A stretch of 64,000 nucleotides of DNA from an uncultured Desulfobacterales bacterium (GCA_964573705.1 CAZNLT010000009.1:143-64142), one strand, 5' to 3'. Shown: positions 9,239 through 18,722, counted from the first letter of the stretch. The notes: generated from the sequence alone by a model not told the origin. Program-made: numbers and translations.

Positions 9239-10003
9239 TCATCGAAGCCGCCGGGTCTGGCGGGAAAAGGATTTCACCCGGTCCGACATGAACTTGGCAC
9301 AGGTCGGGCAGTAGTGGTGCTCTTCCTTCACATGGGGATGGAGACCGGTGCGGGCTTCGATGTGCGCCAAAAATTTCGGTGTGGCGTATCGCTTGCCGCA
9401 CGCCTCACAGATCTCCAGGGGATGGCGGCCGATCACCCGGTCCCGAATCGATATGGTCCGGATATTGTCGAGGTCCTCCATTCGAATCACGTCGGTGGGG
9501 CAGATGTTGACGCAGGTGCCGCATCCGATGCATTTCCCTTCAATCGGCGCCACATAATCGGCCCCGTCTTGTTTTTCCATTCGAAGGGCCGCCGCGCCAA
9601 CGATCTCTTTGCACACCCGGACGCAGAGACGGCACCGGATGCATCCGTCGGGGGGCGGGCCCAAATCCACCCCGTAGTGGGCTGCCAATTTCCGAATTTT
9701 CATGGATTGCGGGGCCATGGTGAGGAGTTTTCGAAACGCCTTGATCCGCGCATTGTCGACCAGTTCGCTTCGGGTTTTGACGGACAGCCCCTCCTTTACT
9801 TTCAGAACACAGGAGAGGATGGTGGTGGCCCGCCCCGAGGAGCCGGTGACCTCCACCGCGCACAACTTGCAGGCCCCCGAGGGCTGAAGCGCGGGATGAT
9901 AGCAGAGGGCGGGAACATCGATTCCATTGGCCCGGGCCGCCTCCAGGACGGTTATCCCCTTTTCGACCGAATGTTCCACTCCGTCGATGATGATGGTGAT
10001 CAT
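9239..10003 (-). CDS. 2Fe-2S plus 4Fe-4S iron-sulfur protein (NuoG/HndD N-terminal-like)
   Basis: 254 aa. MITIIIDGVEHSVEKGITVLEAARANGIDVPALCYHP..SGACKLCAVEV is the NuoG-type 2Fe-2S module. CIRCRLCVRVC and CIGCGTCVNICP are ferredoxin-type motifs. Confidence 0.85.
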   Translation of the reverse strand: MITIIIDGVEHSVEKGITVLEAARANGIDVPALCYHPALQPSGACKLCAVEVTGSSGRATTILSCVLKVKEGLSVKTRSELVDNARIKAFRKLLTMAPQSMKIRKLAAHYGVDLGPPPDGCIRCRLCVRVCKEIVGAAALRMEKQDGADYVAPIEGKCIGCGTCVNICPTDVIRMEDLDNIRTISIRDRVIGRHPLEICEACGKRYATPKFLAHIEARTGLHPHVKEEHHYCPTCAKFMSDRVKSFSRQTRRLR

Positions 10004-10030
10004 GTCTCCTCCTGACCGATTCTCGGTGGG

Positions 10031-10243
10031 CTAATCCTCCAGCACCCGCAGGCAGTCCTGGGGCAGACGGTGGGTCCCCTTGCCTTCCAGGCTGACCTCG
10101 ACCAGGGCCTCCGGATCATTGACCGAGGTATCCGGGTCCACCACGATGCCGTGGCGACCGATGTATTCATCCATGAAACTTTTCCAGCTTTCGTCGGACG
10201 AGCGCTGGAAGACTTCGACCCGTTGACCTCTGCGAAATGCCAT
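10031..10243 (-). CDS. Small hypothetical protein (70 aa) within the oxidoreductase operon
   Basis: Tightly spaced between two Fe-S/flavoprotein genes (gaps of 9 and 27 nt), with coding-like composition. No recognisable motif. Confidence 0.55.
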   Translation of the reverse strand: MAFRRGQRVEVFQRSSDESWKSFMDEYIGRHGIVVDPDTSVNDPEALVEVSLEGKGTHRLPQDCLRVLED

Positions 10244-10252
10244 TTTGCCCCC

Positions 10253-12427
10253 TTATTTTGCGGACGGAATGTCCACGGTTGCGGTTGCACTCTTTTTTCG
10301 AAGACAGGCGTCGCAGACCATTTTATCCGCCGCGACCACCTCGCCGACCGGTTTGATCCGCTTCTGAATATAATCCAGATACCGGTTGGGACCCATTACG
10401 GCCCCGCATTCCGTGCAGTGGATGAGCTTCTGCCGGTTGAGGACGGTGCCGCACAAAGAGAGCACCCGTTCCCCGTTCTCGTCTCGAATCTGCATGGCCT
10501 GGTTGGGACAATTGTTGGCGCAGGCCCCGCAGGCGATGCACCGTTCCTGAGTCTTGCGGAAATCGGTTTCCACCGGGTGGTCGAAATCGAAATAGCCCAT
10601 CTGCAGCGCGTCCACCCCCATTTTATCCCGGCAGACCTCGACGCACTCTCCGCAGCGTCGGCAGATATCGCACCGCAGACACCGACGGGCCTCTTCCCGA
10701 ACCGCATTTTCGGGATACCCCAGCTCCACCTGCTGAAACGTGGTGCGGCGTCGATCCAGGTTCAGCAGCGGCATTTCCGGCTGCTTCAGAATCATCTTGG
10801 TGGAGGCGGGCACCTCGGTGCAGGGAACCCGGTCCCGGCGCACCGGCACCGGCGGCATTTTCGGCTGGGGGATACCCTTCAGAAACCGGTCGATGCCCTC
10901 GGCGGCCCGTTTGCCGCCGCCGATGGCCTCCACCACCGTGGCCGGGCCGGTGACCGCGTCTCCGGCGGCGAATATCCCGGGTTCGGAGGTTTCCATGCTG
11001 ACCATGTTGACGTCGATGGTGTTTCGCCGGGTCCAGGCCAGTTCGGTCAGCTCCAGCATGGTCTCTTTGTCTACCTGTTGGCCGATGGCCCCGATGACGG
11101 CGTTGGTTTCGATGACGAATTCACTTCCTTCAATGGGTACCGGCGACATCCGTTTGCTGCCTTCCCGGGCCACCAGTTCGGCCCGCAGGCACCGAAGCCC
11201 GGTAGTTTTTCCGTTTTCTCCCACGATCTCCACCGGTACGGTCAGAAAATCGAACCGAATACCTTCCTCTTCGGCCTGTTCAACTTCTTCTTCGTCGGCG
11301 GGCATTTCGGCCCGGGTCCGGCGGTAGGCCAGAATGATCTCTTCACTGCCTAGACGCAGGCTGGTTCGGGCCGCGTCGATGGCCACATTGCCGCCCCCGA
11401 TCACCACCACCCGTTTGCCGGGGCGGCGGCGTTCTCCGAGGGCCACCCTTTTGAGGAAATCGATGGACTCGATCAGGCCGTATTCGGTCTCTCCCGGAAT
11501 GTTCAGTTTAAACGCCTTGTGGGCCCCGATGGCGAAGAAAAAGGCGTCGAACCCCTCTTCTTTCAGCTCCTCGAGGGTGAGGTCTTCTCCGAACCGGGTG
11601 TTGAATACGAACTCCACCCCCAGATCTTCCAGCATGGCCACCTCCCGGTCGATCACCTCCCGGGGCAGCCGGTACCGGGGGATGCCGGCCAGGATCATGC
11701 CTCCGGCCGTGGGAAGCGCTTCGATGATTCGGACCCCGTATCCCTTGAGGGCCAAATAATAGGCGCAGCTCATTCCGCCGGGGCCCGCCCCGATAATGCA
11801 GACCTTTTGGCCTGTGTCCGGCTCCTTGGGCGGGTTTTCATACCGCCGTTCGGACATGGCCCGTTCGGCGGCGAATGCTTTGAGAAATTTGATGGAGATC
11901 GGCTTGTCGATTCGCCCCCGGACGCACATGAATTCGCAGGGCCGGGTGCAGACCAGACCGCAGACCCAGGGAAAGGGATTGTCCTTTCGAATCACCTCGA
12001 TGGCCTCGGCATCCTTGCCTTCCCCGATGAGGGAAACATAGGTCGGAACGTCGATTCCGGAGGGGCAGGCCATCTGGCAGGGCGCCGGCGCCAATTTGAC
12101 GCAGGCCCCGGTGGGGCAGTTATGGGTTTCCACATGGCTGATGAATACTTCGCGGTATTCATTCAGGGACTTTTGAACCATCTTACCGGCTTCGATGCCG
12201 GCCTGGATGGGGCTGTCTTCGGTCAGTTCACCGGCCAGGGATTCGATGGCCGGCAGGTGCTCTTCACCGGCCCGGCCCCAGGCTACGTCTTCCAGCAGTT
12301 CATGGACCTCTTCGGCGATCCGGCGGGTTCGGGGATGGGTCAGCCGCCCCGACTCGATCGTCGCCTCAAGGGCCGAAATGGTGTCGGTGACCGGGCAGGT
12401 TTGATCCGCGCAGGTTTGATTCGGCAT
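10253..12427 (-). CDS. NAD(P)H-dependent FAD/Fe-S oxidoreductase, GltD/NfnB-like, with C-terminal ferredoxin domains
   Basis: The ATG at 12427 (MPNQTCADQ..) follows AAAGGAGGGG. The GltD-like core includes CQMACPSGIDVPTYV, NPFPWVCGLVCTRPCE and the dinucleotide folds VCIIGAGPGGMSCA and VVVIGGGNVAIDAA. C-terminal CLRCDICRRCGECVEVC and CIACGACANNCP. The ORF extension to 12754 overlaps the upstream gene. Confidence 0.85.
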   Translation of the reverse strand: MPNQTCADQTCPVTDTISALEATIESGRLTHPRTRRIAEEVHELLEDVAWGRAGEEHLPAIESLAGELTEDSPIQAGIEAGKMVQKSLNEYREVFISHVETHNCPTGACVKLAPAPCQMACPSGIDVPTYVSLIGEGKDAEAIEVIRKDNPFPWVCGLVCTRPCEFMCVRGRIDKPISIKFLKAFAAERAMSERRYENPPKEPDTGQKVCIIGAGPGGMSCAYYLALKGYGVRIIEALPTAGGMILAGIPRYRLPREVIDREVAMLEDLGVEFVFNTRFGEDLTLEELKEEGFDAFFFAIGAHKAFKLNIPGETEYGLIESIDFLKRVALGERRRPGKRVVVIGGGNVAIDAARTSLRLGSEEIILAYRRTRAEMPADEEEVEQAEEEGIRFDFLTVPVEIVGENGKTTGLRCLRAELVAREGSKRMSPVPIEGSEFVIETNAVIGAIGQQVDKETMLELTELAWTRRNTIDVNMVSMETSEPGIFAAGDAVTGPATVVEAIGGGKRAAEGIDRFLKGIPQPKMPPVPVRRDRVPCTEVPASTKMILKQPEMPLLNLDRRRTTFQQVELGYPENAVREEARRCLRCDICRRCGECVEVCRDKMGVDALQMGYFDFDHPVETDFRKTQERCIACGACANNCPNQAMQIRDENGERVLSLCGTVLNRQKLIHCTECGAVMGPNRYLDYIQKRIKPVGEVVAADKMVCDACLRKKSATATVDIPSAK

Positions 12428-12441
12428 GGTTCGCCCCTCCT

Positions 12442-12951
12442 TTATTCCTTTTCCAGCGCGGCCACCTGCCGGGCGTGTCGTTCCCGCCGGACCTGCGGCG
12501 CCTCTTCTGCGTTGTTGAAGCTGAGGCACTGGGTGGTGCATGCGGTGACGCAGGCCGGCTTCAGGCCCTGGTCCACCCGGTCCATGCAGTAGTCGCACTT
12601 GACCACCTTTCCGGTCTCCGGGTTCCACTGGGGGGCCCCCCAGGGGCAGGCGGAAATGCAGGTTTTGCAGCCGACGCAAAGGTTTTTGTCTACAAAAACG
12701 ATCCCGTCGGATTCCCGTTTCCGCATGGCCCCGGTCGGGCAGGCGGCCACGCACCAGGGATTTTCACAATGGAAACATGACATGAAGATATACGAAGATT
12801 TGGGCAGGTTCCCTACCGCTTTGGGTCCTACCGGAATCACCTGGCAGAGTTTCGGCCCGGCGGGCAGATTTTTGTTGCTTTTGCACAGCACTTCGCAGGT
12901 GTGGCATCCGATGCATTTCTTGGTGTCTTGAAAAAGATAGTATTTGCTCAT
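12442..12951 (-). CDS. 4Fe-4S dicluster protein (DmsB/HybA-type polyferredoxin)
   Basis: The ATG at 12951 (MSKYYLFQDTKKCIGCHTCEVLC) follows GGAGGAATAAATTATAAC. Further clusters: CFHCENPWCVAACP, CVGCKTCISACP, CDYC..CVTAC. Confidence 0.85.
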   Translation of the reverse strand: MSKYYLFQDTKKCIGCHTCEVLCKSNKNLPAGPKLCQVIPVGPKAVGNLPKSSYIFMSCFHCENPWCVAACPTGAMRKRESDGIVFVDKNLCVGCKTCISACPWGAPQWNPETGKVVKCDYCMDRVDQGLKPACVTACTTQCLSFNNAEEAPQVRRERHARQVAALEKE

Positions 12952-13061
12952 GTTATAATTTATTCCTCCGATGTGATTTGCGAGGTATCTTCTGCGATTG
13001 GGTCCCGTTTGTAAAGGGAATTGTATTGTATAAATAAGGATATAAATCGATCCTTCCCTTG

Positions 13062-13091
13062 AGTATACCCGAACCGGGCCTTCTTTTTCAA
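13062..13091 (-). promoter_or_regulatory. Sigma70-like promoter candidate for the Fe-S/flavin operon (TTGAAA-N18-TATACT)
   Basis: Minus-strand reading: ggaTTGAAAaagaaggcccggttcgggTATACTcaag, about 100 nt upstream of the 12951 start. Confidence 0.35.
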
Positions 13092-13515
13092 TCCTTAAAA
13101 CGATAGCAAAAAATATACCATTGATATTATCCATGGACCGACCTTGCCAACAGTCTTAAAAAGCATTCGAATATTCCAATATATCAGATAGATGACATTA
13201 TTCTACAGGGTCGTAAAGCGTTTCTTTCACAAGAAAGGGAATTGTCGGCGCCTTCCAAAGAGCAATATAAATAATGCACCGAATAAATTTTTATGCAACG
13301 ACATATCCTGTTGAAAAATCAAAGTAAAAATTATATGCAATAAATTAATTGCAATAAAAGATTGGCGACGGCATCCTATTTCTTATCGGCGCCTGCGGCT
13401 GCTATATTCCATCGGCAATCGAGCCGTTAGTCAGGTGCAACTTGTTTAAATCATATAGAAATCTGCTTGAACTTCCGGAGTGATCGGGATGCCCGGCATC
13501 GGTCTGCTTCGAGAG

Positions 13516-13531
13516 TGGCACAGGGGTTGCA
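13516..13531 (+). promoter_or_regulatory. Sigma-54 (RpoN) promoter, -24/-12 elements
   Basis: TGGCACaggggTTGCA matches the TGGCAC-N5-TTGCW consensus exactly, with correct GG/GC spacing. It lies ~130 nt upstream of the 13660 gene, and a sigma-54 activator is encoded at the end of the same gene string. Confidence 0.7.
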
Positions 13532-13659
13532 CAATTCCGGGTAGTTTTTGCGGAAGTTGTAGATTAAACAGTGCGAGGTGGATTTGCAATGGGAATCGCG
13601 GATTGGAAGTCGGTTTTTTATAGCAATTCAAACAGTTAATCAAGAAAGGAGTTATTGCG

Positions 13660-14967
13660 GTGAAGAGAACGAAATTTTACCTGGCAACAGGACTGATGGT
13701 GCTTTTGACCTTCGTCACAGTGGCGATGGCGCAGACCGGCGCCGAACTGACGTCCCCGGAGATGCCCGATAAGATGCGACGGGCCATCGAGAGCAGCCTC
13801 GAAGACCCGGAAATGGCGGCCCAGACCCAGGCGGTGATTCCGGCCGGCGGTGAACCCGGTTTTCTGGGGATTCCGGGGGCCCCCGATCTCAATATCATCC
13901 TCGGTCTGCTCTGGGCCATCTGGGTGGGCTGGATTTTTTCAACCGTGGGCGCCTTCGGCGGGATTATGGCCGGTGTGGGACACATCACCATTTTCGGGCT
14001 GGCCGACTATGCAAAGGCCTTCGGAAAAGGAAACCCGGTCAACAATCTGATCACCGATTCCATTCGGGTGTCCAACCAGTGGCTGGTGGGGTTGAGCGGG
14101 ATGATCTCTTCCTTCAACTATTACCGGATGGGCCGACTGGTGGCCCCCCTGGGCATCTGCCTGGCCATCGGCGGGGTCGGCGGTTCCTGGCTGGTGCCGG
14201 AGCTGACCGCCGGAAAAATCTCTCTCAAGGCCTATATCGGGTATTTCGGACTGATCGTGTTCGTATTGGGTTTTTTCCTGGTCTATGAAATGACCCCCAA
14301 AGGCGAAGCTCGTAAAAAAGCGGCCAAAGCCGCGGCCCAGGCCTTTGAAAAAGCCACCCGTGAAAAAACCGCCACGGCGGATCAGGGCGTCAAAATCATC
14401 GAAGGTTCCTGGACCTTTATGTGGATTGCGGTAGTAACCGTGGTGGCCTCGGCCCTCTGGATCAATCTGATCGATTTTGCCAAATGGGTGGCCTATGTAC
14501 TGGTTCTGGTCGGATGGGCCCTGACCTTTATGATCGGTACGATCCGATTCACCTTTTTCGAGCAGGAGTTCGAGTTTAAAGCCTATGTGCCGATGATCGG
14601 CGGTATCATCATCGCAGCGCTGGCCTCCTTTCTCGGGGTGGGCGGCGGCTTTCTCTACGTGCCCTTTCTGACCTCGGTGGCCGGTCTGCCCATGTTTATC
14701 GTGGCCGGGACCTCGGCCCTCTGCGTGTTGATCGGGATGATCGTCTCCATCTTCTCCTACATGATCGGCAAGGGCGTCGTCATCGCCTGGGGTCTGGTGG
14801 GCGCCGAGCTGATCGGCATCTTCATCGGCTCCATGATCGGACCCCGAACCTCCAAGTACATCCCGGACAAGGTCTTGAAGATCATCTTCATCGTCCTGGC
14901 CTTTTACGTGGGCCTTCGGTACACCACCAAGGGATTTCTGGGATACAGCGTGGTGCCCCCGTTCTAA
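13660..14967 (+). CDS. TauE/SafE-family (DUF81) anion exporter-like membrane protein, long form
   Basis: 435 aa with a GTG start after AAAGGAG. Two halves carry the family-typical glycine-rich TM motifs (VGAFGGIMAGVGH.., LGVGGGFLYVPFL), separated by a Lys/Ala-rich cytoplasmic loop. Confidence 0.75.
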   Translation: MKRTKFYLATGLMVLLTFVTVAMAQTGAELTSPEMPDKMRRAIESSLEDPEMAAQTQAVIPAGGEPGFLGIPGAPDLNIILGLLWAIWVGWIFSTVGAFGGIMAGVGHITIFGLADYAKAFGKGNPVNNLITDSIRVSNQWLVGLSGMISSFNYYRMGRLVAPLGICLAIGGVGGSWLVPELTAGKISLKAYIGYFGLIVFVLGFFLVYEMTPKGEARKKAAKAAAQAFEKATREKTATADQGVKIIEGSWTFMWIAVVTVVASALWINLIDFAKWVAYVLVLVGWALTFMIGTIRFTFFEQEFEFKAYVPMIGGIIIAALASFLGVGGGFLYVPFLTSVAGLPMFIVAGTSALCVLIGMIVSIFSYMIGKGVVIAWGLVGAELIGIFIGSMIGPRTSKYIPDKVLKIIFIVLAFYVGLRYTTKGFLGYSVVPPF

Positions 14968-15084
14968 AGAAATACGGTTGTGATTTTGAATCGATCCGGA
15001 AAGAAATAGAAAACGCCACGGGGCGGTCCGGTTTGTGAAGTTGAAACCGGCCGCCTCAGAGGCATACTGCTCAGAGGCATACGC

Positions 15085-15630
15085 ATGGACCCTTTGGATA
15101 TCCTACTGAGAATCATTGATCCGGTGCTCATCCAGCCCTATCGGCTGTTCGAGAATCCCATGGCGGGATGGTGGGCCGGAACCGCACTGCTGGCCTTCTG
15201 GTCGGTGCTCATCGGAGAGCTGACGCTGGCGACGGCCTATTATATCAATCGCGCCGCCGTATCCAAGAACCTGGACGAGACGCTTTATTTCCATGAACAA
15301 TCGATGAAAGCCAAGCAGGCGGGGGATGAAACCGCCTACAAGGGGATCAACAAGCTGGCCAACGAAGCCTACGGCAAATCCTTTTTTCTGCTGATGGCCA
15401 TGGGCATGGCCTCTTTGTGGCCGGCTTTTTTCGCCGCGGCCTGGCTCGACAAGCGGTTCGGAGACATCGTTTTCACGATGCCGTTCTGGGCCGGCGGATT
15501 TGAATTGAGCTTTCTGGCCCCCTTCATCATTTTATACGTATTGATGCGGGTGGCCTATGGGAGGGTGAAAAGATGGGTCCTGTCCAATGGATCGGAATCG
15601 CCCGCCCGTGAACCGGAACCCGTCGGTTGA
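15085..15630 (+). CDS. Hypothetical integral membrane protein
   Basis: 181 aa with 3-4 predicted TM segments and no recognisable family. Co-directional within the sigma-54-promoted gene string. Confidence 0.6.
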   Translation: MDPLDILLRIIDPVLIQPYRLFENPMAGWWAGTALLAFWSVLIGELTLATAYYINRAAVSKNLDETLYFHEQSMKAKQAGDETAYKGINKLANEAYGKSFFLLMAMGMASLWPAFFAAAWLDKRFGDIVFTMPFWAGGFELSFLAPFIILYVLMRVAYGRVKRWVLSNGSESPAREPEPVG

Positions 15631-15681
15631 TTCGCCCGGCGTCGGCCGTTCCGCCGCCGGTCCGATAAAGGAGGTCGCCCC

Positions 15682-16167
15682 ATGAGAAGGTTCGGTTCGG
15701 GGGCAGCCGCGGTTGCCCTGATCCTGATGGCGGCCACCGCCCTGGCCACCCAGGGGCATGGTGATCCCGAGGGGCTGGTGGTTCATCAGATGTCCCACAT
15801 CTTTTTTGTGTTTTCCATGGGCATCCTGATTTATTGGCTGAGGGCCAGGGACCTGGTTCGTCACGTCGGCTGGCGCTATATCCAGTATTCATCCGTTTTT
15901 TTTATCCTGTGGACCCTGGATGCCTTTACCGTACATCTCCTGGACGAGGGGATGGGCCTCATAGAGGTGACCCGAATCGATCCCTGGCATCTGCGGATCG
16001 AAAGTCCTTCGGGTTCGGGCTGGGTCAGGGTGCTCTACTATGCGGTGAAGCTGGATCACCTGCTCTGCGTGCCGGGACTGATATTCCTGTATCTCGGCAT
16101 CAAACGGTTGTTGAACGAGACACGAAAAGGGGAGGGGGGCCCTCGGTATGAGGAAGAGATCTCATGA
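15682..16167 (+). CDS. Hypothetical integral membrane protein, translationally coupled to the histidine kinase
   Basis: 161 aa with an AAGGAGG RBS. It has a signal/TM N-terminus and His-rich TM segments (HGDPEGLVVHQMSHIFFVF). Its stop overlaps the kinase start (ATGA at 16164-16167). Confidence 0.65.
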   Translation: MRRFGSGAAAVALILMAATALATQGHGDPEGLVVHQMSHIFFVFSMGILIYWLRARDLVRHVGWRYIQYSSVFFILWTLDAFTVHLLDEGMGLIEVTRIDPWHLRIESPSGSGWVRVLYYAVKLDHLLCVPGLIFLYLGIKRLLNETRKGEGGPRYEEEIS

Positions 16168-17312
16168 TCGTTTCCGCCCTGCCCATCTGGTTCGTGGATA
16201 TGGCCGGCTCGGTGCTCATGATCCTCTTTTCTTTCATGAGCATTCGGCTGGTCCGTCTGATATACCGGAATGATCCTAACAGCATTATCTGGACCTATCT
16301 GAGCTGGGTCTGTTACTGTCTGGCCGGGTTCGCCATTTCCCGCTCGGCCGGGCATATCCTGAAGCAGATTCTGTTCATCATGGGTCGAAACGAGGTATGG
16401 GACGGCATTCGGCCCTTCAGCGGAAGCATCAATACCTTCATGCTCATCATCGTGTCTTCGGTCACCCTTTTTTTTCAGCGGGCCTGGCACATCTATCAGG
16501 AGATCAGCCGGGACAAACATGCGCTTCAGACCGCTCACGCGGAGCTGCTCTCGCTCAATCAGAATCTGGAGCAGCGGGTAAAGGAAAGAACCGAGGCCCT
16601 GGCCCGCCATGAAAAACAGATGGCCCAGGCCGACAAGCTGGCCTCCATCGGACAACTCTCCTCGGGGATCGCCCACGAGATCAACAATCCGCTGGGAATT
16701 ATTCTGGGATATACCCAGCTGTTGCTGCGCAGTGAGGACCCGGAGTCCCAGAAGCACGAAGACCTGAAAACCATCGAAAAACATGTCAAAAGCTGCAAAA
16801 CCACGGTGGAGGACCTGCTCAATTTCGCCCGGAGTTCCAAACCCAAAAAGGAGTTCTTCAACATCCATGAGACCATCGACGACGTGCTGAATTTCGTTCG
16901 GCACCGGTCGGACATGCACGGGATGTTCATGGAAAGGCGATATGGACCGGAGGTCCCCCGAATGCTGATGGATGAAAAAAAGATCAAGCAGGTCCTGATC
17001 AACCTTCTGATGAACGCCAAACACGCCGTCGGCGAAACCGGCACGATTACCGTTTCCACCGCATATGATCCGGAACGGGACCGGGTTTCGGTGATGGTTC
17101 AGGATACCGGATATGGAATTGAGGAAAAAAATTTTTCCCGGATTTTCGACCCGTTTTTCACGACCAAACCCACCGGAGAGGGTACCGGGCTGGGGCTGGC
17201 GGTCAGCTACGGCATCGTCAAGACCCATGGCGGGGACCTGCTGGTGGAGAGCGAACCGGGCAAAGGGTCTACATTCACCATGGTGCTGCCGGCGGGCGGC
17301 AAAAGCGGATAG
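16164..17312 (+). CDS. Sensor histidine kinase (membrane-embedded sensor, HisKA + HATPase_c)
   Basis: 382 aa with ~4 N-terminal TM segments. H-box SSGIAHEINNPLG, N-box LINLLMNAKHA, G-boxes DTGYGI and GTGLGLAVS. Confidence 0.9.
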   Translation: MIVSALPIWFVDMAGSVLMILFSFMSIRLVRLIYRNDPNSIIWTYLSWVCYCLAGFAISRSAGHILKQILFIMGRNEVWDGIRPFSGSINTFMLIIVSSVTLFFQRAWHIYQEISRDKHALQTAHAELLSLNQNLEQRVKERTEALARHEKQMAQADKLASIGQLSSGIAHEINNPLGIILGYTQLLLRSEDPESQKHEDLKTIEKHVKSCKTTVEDLLNFARSSKPKKEFFNIHETIDDVLNFVRHRSDMHGMFMERRYGPEVPRMLMDEKKIKQVLINLLMNAKHAVGETGTITVSTAYDPERDRVSVMVQDTGYGIEEKNFSRIFDPFFTTKPTGEGTGLGLAVSYGIVKTHGGDLLVESEPGKGSTFTMVLPAGGKSG

Positions 17313-17324
17313 GCGGAAGGTGTC

Positions 17325-18722
17325 ATGAGCGTCCCGTCGATTCTTATCGTGGATGACGAACCCGATATGCTTCAGCTCCTGAAACGGAGTCTGGAACCGG
17401 ACCTGAACTGCAAGGTGGAGATCGCCTCTTCGGCCAAATCGGCCCTTCACCTGATCTCCCAGAAGCATCCGGATCTGGTGCTGGCCGATATCAAGATGCC
17501 GGAGATGGACGGGCTGGAGCTGCTCGACCTGGTCAAGCGGAGCTGGCCCGAAATGACGGTGGTGATGATGACCGGTCACGGCTCCATTGAAACGGCGGTG
17601 GAGGCCATGAAGAACGGGGCCTATGATTTCATCACCAAACCCTTCGACCATGATGCGCTCCTGCTTCGGCTCGAAAAGGCCCTGGAACGTTCCACCCTGC
17701 TCAAGGAGAACATTCGGTTGAAGCAGGCCGAGGAATCCCCCCACCGGTTTCAGGGGCTGGTGGGCAAAAGCGCGGCCATGCGGCGGGTTTTCGATACCCT
17801 GCGGATGGTGGCCAACACCGATCTGACCGTGCTCATCACCGGGGAGTCGGGTACCGGCAAGGACCTGACCGCCCGGGCGGTCCACAAGCTGAGCACCCGC
17901 AAAGCGGGGCCTTTTGTGGCGGTCAACTGCCCCACGGTCCCGGAGCATATCCTGGAAAGCGAACTCTTCGGCTATAAAAAGGGGGCTTTTACCCATGCTA
18001 CCCAGAACAAGATCGGTCTGTTTCAAGAGGCCGGCGGCGGGTCGATTTTTCTGGATGAGATCGGCGACGTCAGCCCCACCATTCAGACCAAGCTGCTTCG
18101 GGTGCTTCAGGAAAAAGAGATCAAACCGTTAGGGGATACCCGATCCATTACCGTGGATGTGCGCATCATCTCTTCCACCAATCAGGACCTTCGGGAAAAA
18201 ATCCGCAAAGGCGAATTCAGGGAAGACTTTTTCTACCGGTTGAACGTGCTTCCCATTGAACTTCCCCCGCTTCGGGAGCGGCGGGAGGACATTCCCCTGA
18301 TCGCCGGCCATCTGATGGAAAAGCACTGCGCCAAACTCAACAAGCCTTTGAAGGTACTCTCGCCGGAGCTTCTGGAAAGCTTTCAGGAAAGGAGCTGGGA
18401 AGGAAATGTGCGGGAACTCGAAAACGTCATCGTCCAGGGAATTCTGTTTTCCACCACCGAAACCATTCGGCCGAGGGATGTCGGGTTCCCCCGAAAACCC
18501 GAGTCCACGCCCTGCCCGGGAGAGGTCACCTTTGAAGACCTGCCCTACAAATCCGCCAAAGAGGCGGTGCTTCATCGGTTCAACGCCGCCTACATCGGCG
18601 GGCTTCTGGAACAGACCGGCGGCAACGTCACCCAGGCCGCCAAACAATGCGGCCTGGAGCGCCAGTCCCTTCAGCAGATCATGCGTCGGTATGACATCGA
18701 TGCCGATGATTATCGATCCTGA
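17325..18722 (+). CDS. Sigma-54-dependent response regulator (NtrC family: REC + AAA+ + Fis-type HTH)
   Basis: 465 aa. REC (ILIVDDEPDM, LVLADIKMPEMDG), Walker A GESGTGKD, sigma-54 contact loop GAFTHA (a GAFTGA variant), C-terminal HTH NVTQAAKQCGLERQSLQQIMRRY. Confidence 0.93.
   Translation: MSVPSILIVDDEPDMLQLLKRSLEPDLNCKVEIASSAKSALHLISQKHPDLVLADIKMPEMDGLELLDLVKRSWPEMTVVMMTGHGSIETAVEAMKNGAYDFITKPFDHDALLLRLEKALERSTLLKENIRLKQAEESPHRFQGLVGKSAAMRRVFDTLRMVANTDLTVLITGESGTGKDLTARAVHKLSTRKAGPFVAVNCPTVPEHILESELFGYKKGAFTHATQNKIGLFQEAGGGSIFLDEIGDVSPTIQTKLLRVLQEKEIKPLGDTRSITVDVRIISSTNQDLREKIRKGEFREDFFYRLNVLPIELPPLRERREDIPLIAGHLMEKHCAKLNKPLKVLSPELLESFQERSWEGNVRELENVIVQGILFSTTETIRPRDVGFPRKPESTPCPGEVTFEDLPYKSAKEAVLHRFNAAYIGGLLEQTGGNVTQAAKQCGLERQSLQQIMRRYDIDADDYRS

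Noticed and set aside
7328-13134. N-terminal extensions of track ORFs (8188, 8931, 12754, 13134), which would make adjacent genes overlap by 80-330 nt.
   Set aside because: Internal ATGs at 8053, 8787, 12427 and 12951 give proper signal peptides or N-termini, follow RBS-like sequences and remove the overlaps. The upstream in-frame stretches are R/G/P-rich non-protein-like sequence.
16056-18026. A 656-aa minus-strand ORF. Similar long antisense ORFs occur at 10070-11353(+), 11519-12592(+), 22802-23797(+), 25036-26319(-), 34242-35219(-), 36027-37076(-), 42712-43812(+), 51354-52733(-), 57286-58512(-) and 59855-60934(-).
   Set aside because: Each lies entirely antisense to a gene with unambiguous family motifs (HK/NtrC, GltD-like, pncB, ACS, Hsp70, DEAD-box, NfeD, HslU/ArgB, ArgG). 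Their translations are G/P/R/H-rich low-complexity sequence with no motifs. These are typical shadow ORFs of GC-rich coding DNA.
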